Below are positions 34,634-42,434 of a stretch of 50,450 nt of DNA, one piece after another (positions within the stretch are counted from its first letter, which is position 1; the number at the start of each line of letters is the position of its first letter). The notes beneath the pieces are model-generated. The model did not search any database and had not been told where the DNA came from. It saw only the letters and a list, made by a program, of their open reading frames with translations. Source of the DNA: an uncultured bacterium (lineage in GTDB: Bacteria; Bacillota_I; Bacilli_A; RF39; UBA660); the NCBI GenBank assembly GCA_949291575.1, contig CASEWH010000079.1, forward strand, positions 1 to 50,450, written 5' to 3'. The position numbers and the translations under genes are program-made.

Positions 34634-34662
34634 AATATAACATTCAGCGATAATAATGTCAA
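34634..34662 (-). promoter_or_regulatory. Near-consensus promoter reading into the repeat array
   Basis: On the minus strand, TTGACA-N17-TATATT with an extended -10 (TGTTATATT). The -35 starts 6 nt after the stop of the upstream amidotransferase gene. Confidence 0.65.
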
Positions 34663-34667
34663 TAAAA

Positions 34668-35387
34668 TTATTTAATAATTATTTTGCTTTCTTTCTTCTC
34701 CTTAGCTTTCTCCATAAAACATTCAAATATCTTCTTAGAATTAACATCATCACTAATAGTTATCTCTGGATGCCACTGTACCCCTAAACAGAAGTCATAA
34801 TCTTTTAACTCTACCGCTTCAATCACTCCATCAGAACTCTTAGCAACCACATTACACTCTTTAGTGTAGTCCACACATCTTAAATGATGAGAGTTAACCA
34901 TTATCTCTTCACTACCTAATATCTTATATAAAAGACTATTTTTATCAATAGTAACATTATGTGCTGGCTCTCTATAATCTTCTTTATAATGTAACTCTTT
35001 ATTAGGAACATCTAATAATTTAAAGTTATCTATTTTATAGTTAGCAATCATCTGCATACCTAAACATACTCCAAGTATTGGAATATTTCTTTTAAGACAA
35101 AAATGTAAGACATAATAATCATACTTAGTAATCTTATCTCCACCAGGAATAAATAATCCATCTAACTTTTCTATCTGATATAAAATCATTTCTTGTTCCA
35201 TCCCAGTTAAATCAGGAGCTTCACTACTCTTAGTAGTAAAATAATCTATATCTTGAGGAGGTGTTAACATAATAGGCACTCCACCTGCTTTAATAATCGC
35301 TCTTCTAGTACTTTCCATGCAGTATTCTATAGGTGTACCATTTTCATTAACACCACTTCTAGTTAAAATACCAATAATAGGACCCAT
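34668..35387 (-). CDS. Class I glutamine amidotransferase-like / peptidase C26 (gamma-glutamyl hydrolase family)
   Basis: Nucleophile elbow GVCLGMQ and LGVQWHPE. 239 aa. Its start overlaps the glyQS stop. Confidence 0.75.
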   Translation of the reverse strand: MGPIIGILTRSGVNENGTPIEYCMESTRRAIIKAGGVPIMLTPPQDIDYFTTKSSEAPDLTGMEQEMILYQIEKLDGLFIPGGDKITKYDYYVLHFCLKRNIPILGVCLGMQMIANYKIDNFKLLDVPNKELHYKEDYREPAHNVTIDKNSLLYKILGSEEIMVNSHHLRCVDYTKECNVVAKSSDGVIEAVELKDYDFCLGVQWHPEITISDDVNSKKIFECFMEKAKEKKESKIIIK

Positions 35388-36757
35388 TAGAATTTAATCC
35401 TCTCTTCAATATATGGAATAACTTCATCTAACTTCAATGTTACTTGTTCCATAGTATCTCTATCTCTTAAAGTAACAGTTCCATTATCTATTGTATTATC
35501 ATCAACTGTTAAACTAAAAGGTGTTCCAATAGCATCCCCTCTTCTATATCTTTTACCAATAGAACCTGCTTCATCATAACTAACCATAAAGTTTTTAGAT
35601 AATAAATCATATATCTCATTAGCTTTTTCACTATGTTTTTTCTTAATTAAAGGTAAAACTGCCACTTTATAAGGTGCTAGGTAAGGGTGTATTTTTAATA
35701 CTTCTCTTTCACTTCCATCTTCTAAAGTCTCTTTTCTATAAGCTTCTGCAATTATCGCTAAAGTAAGTCTATCAGCACCAACAGTTGACTCTATTATATA
35801 AGGAATATATTTCTCATTAGTAATAGGATCCAAATATTCTTGACTAACAGAAGAATACTCTTGATGCTGTGATAAATCATAATTAGTTCTATTATGAGTA
35901 CCATTTATCTCTCCCCAACCAAAAGGAAATAAATATTCTATATCACATGCTTCTTTAGCATAAAAAACCAACTTTTCATGGTCATGAAATCTAAGTTTAT
36001 CTTCTGGCAATCCTAAATCCATAAAATATTTTTTAGCATATTCTTTAAAATATTTATATAAATCACTATCTTCACCTTCTTTACAGAAAGTCTGATATTC
36101 CATTTGTTCAAATTCAATAGTTCTAAAAGTAAAATTACCAGGAGTTATTTCATTTCTAAAAGCTTTACCAATTTGTCCAATACTAAATGGTACTTTCGCT
36201 CTCATACTTCTCCCTACATTTAAAAAATTAACATACTCACCCTGAGCATTTTCAGGTCTTAAATAAATAGTATTTTTACTATCATTTGTTACTCCTCTTT
36301 TAGTTTCAAACATCAAGTTAAATTCTCTAATATCAGTATAATCTGTCCCACCACAGTTTGGACAAGGTACTTTATGAGCCTTAATATAATCCATCATTTC
36401 TTCTTCGCTCATACCATCTGCATGAGCATTAGAATCGAAATCATCAATTAAATTATCAACTCTATGTCTCATTTTACATTTTTTACAATCTATTAAAGGA
36501 TCAGAAAAACCTGATACATGACCTGAAGCTTCCCATACTCTAGGATGCATTAAAATCGCTGCATCTATTTCGTATGCATTCTTTCTCTCCTGTATAAATC
36601 TTTTTCTCCAAGTATCTTTAATAGCATTTTTTATTCTACTACCAACAGGACCATAATCCCAAGTATTAGCAAGACCTCCATATATCTCACTTCCTTGGAA
36701 TATTATTCCATATTGTTTACAGTAATTAACTAAATCTTCCATCTTAATATTACTCAT
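35387..36757 (-). CDS. glyQS: Glycine--tRNA ligase (alpha2 type)
   Basis: 456 aa with YGGLANTWDYGPVG, FRNEITPGNFTFRTIEFEQME and the class II motif 3 region GADRL. It lies downstream of recO, as in Bacillus. Confidence 0.9.
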   Translation of the reverse strand: MSNIKMEDLVNYCKQYGIIFQGSEIYGGLANTWDYGPVGSRIKNAIKDTWRKRFIQERKNAYEIDAAILMHPRVWEASGHVSGFSDPLIDCKKCKMRHRVDNLIDDFDSNAHADGMSEEEMMDYIKAHKVPCPNCGGTDYTDIREFNLMFETKRGVTNDSKNTIYLRPENAQGEYVNFLNVGRSMRAKVPFSIGQIGKAFRNEITPGNFTFRTIEFEQMEYQTFCKEGEDSDLYKYFKEYAKKYFMDLGLPEDKLRFHDHEKLVFYAKEACDIEYLFPFGWGEINGTHNRTNYDLSQHQEYSSVSQEYLDPITNEKYIPYIIESTVGADRLTLAIIAEAYRKETLEDGSEREVLKIHPYLAPYKVAVLPLIKKKHSEKANEIYDLLSKNFMVSYDEAGSIGKRYRRGDAIGTPFSLTVDDNTIDNGTVTLRDRDTMEQVTLKLDEVIPYIEERIKF

Positions 36758-37320
36758 TATCTTACTTTGCTCCTCTCTTCAGCTTTTTTATTAAAAATAT
36801 TTTCTGCTTTTTGTAAACTGTCTGCCAAACCAAAAACATCATGAACTTCATCAAAATATAATTTATAATTTTTGTCAATACAACCTCTTTTAACTCCATC
36901 CTCAAATGTTTTCAAAATAAAATCATAACTATGGTCTTCATTATATATAATTAGAGGTTTATCATCATTAGTTTCTTTTTTATTATCAAGAAAACCCAAA
37001 AATTCAGTAAAAGTTCCTAAACCACCAGATAAAAATACAACCGCATCACTTAAATTATATAAAGCAGTTACTCTTTCTGTAGGTAAATTTACTTTAATTG
37101 TAGCAGGACCTTCTTCCCTTTCTAAACCAACAGTCAAAACCTTTCTTCCATTTTCTCTAGCAATCTCTTTTATATCATGCATAGAACCAGTATTACCAGA
37201 ACCCATTACCCAATCATAATCTTTCCTAGCAATAAGCTTTGCAACATACGAATTAATTCCTCTAACATCTAAATTTGCTTCCAAACTTCCACACATAATT
37301 CCTAACTTCAAATAAATCAC
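36757..37320 (-). CDS. LOG/TIGR00725-like Rossmann-fold nucleotide-binding protein
   Basis: GSGNTGSMHD and VFLSGGLGTFTEF, which fit the PGGxGTxxE-type motif. The start is uncertain (a TTG at 37311 has better RBS spacing). Confidence 0.55.
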   Translation of the reverse strand: MIYLKLGIMCGSLEANLDVRGINSYVAKLIARKDYDWVMGSGNTGSMHDIKEIARENGRKVLTVGLEREEGPATIKVNLPTERVTALYNLSDAVVFLSGGLGTFTEFLGFLDNKKETNDDKPLIIYNEDHSYDFILKTFEDGVKRGCIDKNYKLYFDEVHDVFGLADSLQKAENIFNKKAEERSKVR

Positions 37321-37344
37321 CTCATTTGATAATTATTATATACA

Positions 37345-38298
37345 CTATAGATTTAAAAGTCTAGGTAAAAATATTGATATACCTATAATAACTGAAAATA
37401 TCGCTGCAACTAGTACTGCCCCTGCTGCCGCATCTTTAGCAACTTTAGCTTTCGCCCTCTTCTCTTCTGTTACAAGATCAACGACATTTTCCAAAGCTGT
37501 ATTCATAAGTTCTAAAGAAAGAACTAATGCAAAAAGTACAAAACATACTCCCCATTCTACAAAAGTAATTTCAAAGACTATTCCTGCTATTATAACTAAT
37601 ATCATAACAAGAAAATGAATTACCATATTTCTTTCATGTTTTAAAGTATAAAAGATTCCATTAAAACCATAAGATAAAGTTTTAAGTAAAGGTTTCTCCT
37701 TTTCTTTAGGCTTAAAAGTCTTCTCAAAAAAGTAAATTAATACTAAAAGAATTATAAGTCCTAAAATAACTCCCCCAACTACATCAGTAACATAATGAAC
37801 ATTAAGTATTAACCTACTTAAACAAATTAAAACAATTAATGTAGTTAAAAATGTTGTTCCTATTACCTTATATTCTTCCTTACATTTACTTCTCCTAAGT
37901 AAATATATTAAGAATCCATAATAAGTAGTAGCAATTAAACTATGCCCACTAGGAAAACTATAACTAGAAAGAAGTTCACTTCCAATTAAAGGCCTTTCTC
38001 TTAAAAATATATTCTTACTTAATATAATAGTACCAGCACTAATTATGGTATTAATTATAACAAATAGTCTTTGATGATTAGTATTAAGTAAAAATATAAG
38101 TACAAGAGTAATTATAATTATCGCCTGACTAGATGCTAAAGATGTAACTACATTAGCACAGGTTGTTAAAAAATCTATTCTGTTAGTAGATAATAAATTA
38201 TAAACATTATAATCTATTACCCCTGTCACATCTAACAAGACACATATAGTTAAAATAACAAATAAACTTAAAAGAATTATTAATTTTTTCTTCATCAA
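37345..38298 (-). CDS. Fusion protein: PAP2-family lipid phosphatase (undecaprenyl-diphosphatase-like) + DgkA-type diacylglycerol/undecaprenol kinase domain
   Basis: The N-terminal half carries the PAP2 motifs KNIFLRERP, SFPSGHS and NVHYVTDVVGG. The C-terminal ~115 aa align with the stand-alone DgkA at 43553-43945 (LELMNTALENVVDLVTEEKRAKAKVAKDAAAGAVLV versus VELLNTAIESTVDLVTEEFHPLAKVAKDTASAAEFV). Confidence 0.75.
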   Translation of the reverse strand: MMKKKLIILLSLFVILTICVLLDVTGVIDYNVYNLLSTNRIDFLTTCANVVTSLASSQAIIIITLVLIFLLNTNHQRLFVIINTIISAGTIILSKNIFLRERPLIGSELLSSYSFPSGHSLIATTYYGFLIYLLRRSKCKEEYKVIGTTFLTTLIVLICLSRLILNVHYVTDVVGGVILGLIILLVLIYFFEKTFKPKEKEKPLLKTLSYGFNGIFYTLKHERNMVIHFLVMILVIIAGIVFEITFVEWGVCFVLFALVLSLELMNTALENVVDLVTEEKRAKAKVAKDAAAGAVLVAAIFSVIIGISIFLPRLLNL

Positions 38299-38311
38299 AC
38301 CACTACCTATC

Positions 38312-39058
38312 TTACTTTAATTTTATCACATTCTTTAACATTTTTTTACTATTTAAATAAATTCCTGTATATCTATCATAATAATCTTCTAAAAATTTAT
38401 TTATTTCTTCATTTACTTTAGGATTAACATCTATTTTCGTAATTTTCTCTAAATCAACATAATAATACATCTGTAAAAGTTTAATAGCTTTATCACTATA
38501 ATATCCTTCATTCTGATAACAGTCTTTACAAATAAAACCACCAGAGACAGGACTTAAACTAACTATATTAGTAGTTTTTCCGCAAACTGCACAACCTGTT
38601 ACTACTGGACTAACACCTAAAAAGTCTAAATATTTAAGTTCTAAAATATTAGTAACAACAGCAGGACTTAAACCATTCTCTATTTTATCCAAGGCACTGA
38701 TTAACAAAGGTAGTATAGCTTCATCCTTAGATTGTTTAACTACTTGTCTTGTAAGATCTAAAAGGTATGATGCATATACAACTCTCTCTAAATTCATAAT
38801 AGTCTTAGGATAATCACTAATAACATCAATACTAATTAAAGTAGACAAACCATTCTCTTTATAATAGAAATGAAATGTCCCATATACTAATTTTCTAGAA
38901 CTACCTCTAAGTTTACTTTTTAAATTACGACACCCTTTAGAAATAATACCTATAAGACCATACTCACTAGTCAAAACATTTAATATCTTACTAGAATCAC
39001 TATAATTAGTCTCGTTTAGAACTAAACCCTTCACGTCCAATATCTTCATTATTTTCAC
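38312..39058 (-). CDS. recO: DNA repair protein RecO
   Basis: OB-fold N-terminus (KGLVLNETNYSDSSKILNVLTSEYGLIGIISKG) and a Cys4 zinc motif CAVCG...CKDC. Synteny era-yqzL-recO. Confidence 0.9.
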   Translation of the reverse strand: MKIMKILDVKGLVLNETNYSDSSKILNVLTSEYGLIGIISKGCRNLKSKLRGSSRKLVYGTFHFYYKENGLSTLISIDVISDYPKTIMNLERVVYASYLLDLTRQVVKQSKDEAILPLLISALDKIENGLSPAVVTNILELKYLDFLGVSPVVTGCAVCGKTTNIVSLSPVSGGFICKDCYQNEGYYSDKAIKLLQMYYYVDLEKITKIDVNPKVNEEINKFLEDYYDRYTGIYLNSKKMLKNVIKLK

Positions 39059-39143
39059 TTTCCTTTATAGACTTTGCTAAAAGAAAATATCTAATATCTC
39101 CAGTTTTCTTAAATAAATTCCAAACTATTTCATAATTATTCAT
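39006..39143 (-). CDS. yqzL: YqzL-family small protein (not in the ORF track)
   Basis: ATG 39143 follows AGGTGA. The 45-codon product is MNNYEIVWNLFKKTGDIRYFLLAKSIKESENNEDIGREGFSSKRD. The W-x-x-F-x-x-TG-x-I-x-x-[YF]LL-x-K pattern and the era/recO position match B. subtilis yqzL. Its 3' end overlaps the recO start in another frame. Confidence 0.55.
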   Translation of the reverse strand: MNNYEIVWNLFKKTGDIRYFLLAKSIKESENNEDIGREGFSSKRD

Positions 39144-39182
39144 ATTATCACCTATTAATATAATGATTAATAAGTAATTTTT

Positions 39183-40073
39183 TTATTCATCTTTACTATC
39201 AATTCCTAGTTCTATTAAATATTTCTCTTTATCACGCCAATTTTCTATTACTTTAACATGAGTTTCTAAAAATACTTTTTTACCTAAAAAATCTTCCATA
39301 TCATTACGAGCAAGTATACCAATACGTTTTAACATATTACCATTCTTACCAATAATAATTTTCTTTAAACTATCTTTATCCACTACTATTAAGACTTGTA
39401 TATGTACTAAATCATCATATTCTTCAAAGTTTTCCACATAACAAGTAACACTATGAGGAATCTCTTGTTTAGTTAACATCATTATCTTTTCACGAACAAA
39501 CTCACCCATAATAAACTTAGTAGAAACATTAGTAAGTTCATCATTATCAAATATCGCTTCATCTAGTGGCAGATATTTTTTTAATGTTTTAATTAAATCA
39601 TCAATTGCTTTCTTCTTTAAAGCAGATATAGGAATAATCTCATCAAAATCATACAATTCTTTCGCTTCATCTATTACTTTAAGTAATTTCTCACTACCTA
39701 CTTTATCAATTTTATTTAGAATTAAGAAGACTTTAGCATCTTTGTTTTCTTTAATTTTATTTAAAACAAACCTATCTCCCTTACCAATACCACTGTTTAC
39801 ATCTATTAACAAAAGAATAATATCAGCATTATCTATATTCTGATATGCTTTTTTATTTAAAACACTACCAAGTTTATTCATAGGCTTATGAATACCTGGA
39901 GTATCTATAAAGACAATCTGTGCCTCATCATCTTGATAAATTCCTTGTATAATATTTCTCGTAGTACCTGCTTTATCAGTTGTAATAGCAAGTTTCATAT
40001 TAAGTATTGCATTTAATAATGTACTCTTCCCCACATTAGGTCTTCCCATTATTGATACAACTCCACACTTCAT
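39183..40073 (-). CDS. era: GTPase Era
   Basis: GRPNVGKSTLLN, DTPG, NKID and a C-terminal KH domain (VEN...IIGKNGNMLKRIG). Confidence 0.95.
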   Translation of the reverse strand: MKCGVVSIMGRPNVGKSTLLNAILNMKLAITTDKAGTTRNIIQGIYQDDEAQIVFIDTPGIHKPMNKLGSVLNKKAYQNIDNADIILLLIDVNSGIGKGDRFVLNKIKENKDAKVFLILNKIDKVGSEKLLKVIDEAKELYDFDEIIPISALKKKAIDDLIKTLKKYLPLDEAIFDNDELTNVSTKFIMGEFVREKIMMLTKQEIPHSVTCYVENFEEYDDLVHIQVLIVVDKDSLKKIIIGKNGNMLKRIGILARNDMEDFLGKKVFLETHVKVIENWRDKEKYLIELGIDSKDE

Positions 40074-40177
40074 AAAATTACCTCCTTACTTTTGAACAAT
40101 TATTGTATTTTTGTAACTACTAAAATTTACTTTATATTTAAATATGGCGAATTTGCCACAATTAAATATTTCTTTAT

Positions 40178-40203
40178 AATTTTGCAGATATATCTGCAAA
40201 ATT
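40178..40203. repeat. Perfect 26-nt palindrome AATTTTGCAGATA|TATCTGCAAAATT abutting the HAD gene stop
   Basis: Exact dyad symmetry. No convincing T-run on the minus strand, so it may be an operator rather than a terminator. Confidence 0.6.
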
Positions 40204-40826
40204 TATATATTTGACAATTGACTAATATCATTAATTTTATAATCAAAACTTTCTACCTTACCAAAGCCGTACGTTGCATATACAAAAGGAATACCTGCAT
40301 AATAACTTGCTTCCATATCACCCTTAGTATCTCCAACATATATAGGATTTTTCAAATTATTACGTTCTATAACCAGCTTAATATTTTCTCCTTTACTAAG
40401 AAGAGTGTTACCATAACTTTCATAATCATCAAAATAAGCTTTAAGCCCACTAGTATTTAAAAAAGATTCAATATATCCTTTAACACAATTACTAACTATA
40501 TATAATTTATATTTTCTACTTAAATTTATAATAGTTTCTCTAGTATTAGGATATAATGTTCCTCCTTCTTTTAACAAGTTTTCCACATTCTTATTAAAAG
40601 CCTCATTAGCATACTCTTCCCCTTTTTCTCTTGGAAGATATCCATAATATATATTAATAATCTCATCAGATGTTTTTCCCATTGCCGATTCGATTTGTTC
40701 TCTTGTAACATCCCTAGTGATATCATTATGTTCTTCTTTTACAAGACTTATCGCTTTAAGACAACTATCAACAGTATTCCACAAAGTACCATCTAAATCA
40801 AATATTATTGCATCTATTTTTTTCAT
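40203..40826 (-). CDS. HAD-superfamily hydrolase (phosphoglycolate phosphatase-like)
   Basis: Motif I IIFDLDGTLWNT, motif II VSN, motif IV VGDTKGDM. ATG 40826 follows RBS AAAGGAG. Confidence 0.8.
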   Translation of the reverse strand: MKKIDAIIFDLDGTLWNTVDSCLKAISLVKEEHNDITRDVTREQIESAMGKTSDEIINIYYGYLPREKGEEYANEAFNKNVENLLKEGGTLYPNTRETIINLSRKYKLYIVSNCVKGYIESFLNTSGLKAYFDDYESYGNTLLSKGENIKLVIERNNLKNPIYVGDTKGDMEASYYAGIPFVYATYGFGKVESFDYKINDISQLSNI

Positions 40827-40848
40827 GCCTATCACTCCTTTCAACACC

Positions 40849-41373
40849 TTATAGTTCATATTCCTTTATTTCACAATTTTTTAACCCTCTTTTTAAAAAC
40901 ATTCCATCTCCTATGCCTTCAAAGTAAGCACTAAAAGCTTTAGAAACACCACTATGTGCAACAATTAAAACACTTTCATAATTTTTAAGTTTTAAATCAT
41001 CTAAAAAACTATATACTCTATTAAAGAATAACTTTATATTTTCAGAAGTTCCATACTGAATACTAGTATTATAATTCCAATATTCATCACGATTAACTGT
41101 ATCAAGTGGTTTAGAAGCAAAATTTCCAATATTTCTTTCTTTAAGTCTATCATCAAAAATAACATTCTTATTATTAATATTAATAATATCTGTTGTATGT
41201 CTTGTTCTAATTAATGGGGATGAAAAAATTATATCAAAATCTATACTTACAATTTTATCTCTTAAATTTTTAGCTTGTTCTATCCCAGTATCGTTTAAAT
41301 CATCATCATAACTATTATATAATTTTAAAGCATTATTCTGAGTTTCACCATGTCTAACTATATATACTTTCAA
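40849..41373 (-). CDS. Histidine phosphatase family protein (phosphoglycerate mutase-like)
   Basis: VYIVRHGETQNN (RHG motif), SPLIRTRHT, VAHSG. TTG start. Confidence 0.8.
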   Translation of the reverse strand: MKVYIVRHGETQNNALKLYNSYDDDLNDTGIEQAKNLRDKIVSIDFDIIFSSPLIRTRHTTDIININNKNVIFDDRLKERNIGNFASKPLDTVNRDEYWNYNTSIQYGTSENIKLFFNRVYSFLDDLKLKNYESVLIVAHSGVSKAFSAYFEGIGDGMFLKRGLKNCEIKEYEL

Positions 41374-41387
41374 TTTATATCATCACC

Positions 41388-41458
41388 TTTACTCATTTCT
41401 TCTAATAACAAATCAGAATCAGATTTATATAACCTATCTTGTTTAACTCTATATTTTT
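41388..41458. repeat. 71-bp direct repeat copy A: an orphan duplicate of the rhuM 3' end
   Basis: Matches 42438-42508 with 4 mismatches (tttactcatttcttctaa[t/c]aacaaatca[g/a]aatcagatttatata[ac/gc][c/a]tatcttgtttaactctatattttt). Confidence 0.85.
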
Positions 41459-41468
41459 AAATAATTTA

Positions 41469-42359
41469 TTATTTATTATTATTTAATTGCAATGAAAGAT
41501 TATTGACATCATTTTGCAAAATTTCCAATTCATTTATTCTATTATTATTTTTTAGCAATTCAATTTGTCTTCTAGCAGATTCATTAAGTTTAATTAATCT
41601 TTCTTGTTGAGGAATTCCTAATTTAATCATCTCAGCATTAGAATTTTCTAAATTATTTAATATAATCAAATGAAGTAAATCAGTATAATCCCTCATATTG
41701 CCATTTAAAGCTAATTCTTGATTTTGTTCTCGCCATTCTTTAGCAGTCATTCCAAACAAAGCTACATTTAAAACATCTGCTTCATTGGCATATACAAATC
41801 TTTTTTGTTTCTCTGTAAGTTTAGGCACTATTATCTCTTTAACAGCATCTGTATGAACTAAATAATTTACTTTCGAAAGTAATCTATTAGCACTCCATTC
41901 TAATTTATATTGATACGATTCTTTATTTTTTAACCTTTCAAATTCAGTTATTAAATATAACTTAAATTCTGGAGACAACCAACTAGCAAATTCAAAAGCT
42001 ATATCGGGATGAGCAAAAGTACCTATACTATATCTTCCACCCTTAGAAATAATACCAATAGCTTTTGTTCTTTTAATCCACTGACTAGGAGACATTGCAA
42101 AAGAATTCTTTCCATATTCAGTTTTAATTTGGTCGAATTCGACCAAATTAAACTCTTTATTATGTAATTGTTCCCAAAGTCCTATATAATCAATTGTACT
42201 TACCCTACGCAACCAATTTTTTACAGTAAAAGATGGATCACTAGAATTTTGAAATCTTGCTAAATCTGTTAAAGAAATATAATCAATATTGTTTACATGT
42301 AATATTGAAATTTTTAAATTTTTTACATTAATTTCTGCCCTTACAATTTCACTATTCAT
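41469..42359 (-). CDS. KilA-N domain-containing protein
   Basis: The N-terminus VKNLKISILHVNNIDYISLTDLARFQNSSDPSFTVKNWLR is typical of KilA-N DNA-binding domains. The C-terminal helical region ends in a coiled coil. Confidence 0.7.
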   Translation of the reverse strand: MNSEIVRAEINVKNLKISILHVNNIDYISLTDLARFQNSSDPSFTVKNWLRRVSTIDYIGLWEQLHNKEFNLVEFDQIKTEYGKNSFAMSPSQWIKRTKAIGIISKGGRYSIGTFAHPDIAFEFASWLSPEFKLYLITEFERLKNKESYQYKLEWSANRLLSKVNYLVHTDAVKEIIVPKLTEKQKRFVYANEADVLNVALFGMTAKEWREQNQELALNGNMRDYTDLLHLIILNNLENSNAEMIKLGIPQQERLIKLNESARRQIELLKNNNRINELEILQNDVNNLSLQLNNNK

Positions 42360-42434
42360 CTAAAACCTCCAATAATAAATTTTAATATAATTTGACACAC
42401 TATTTGCAATTTTTTATTGTGTATTAATTTTTTC

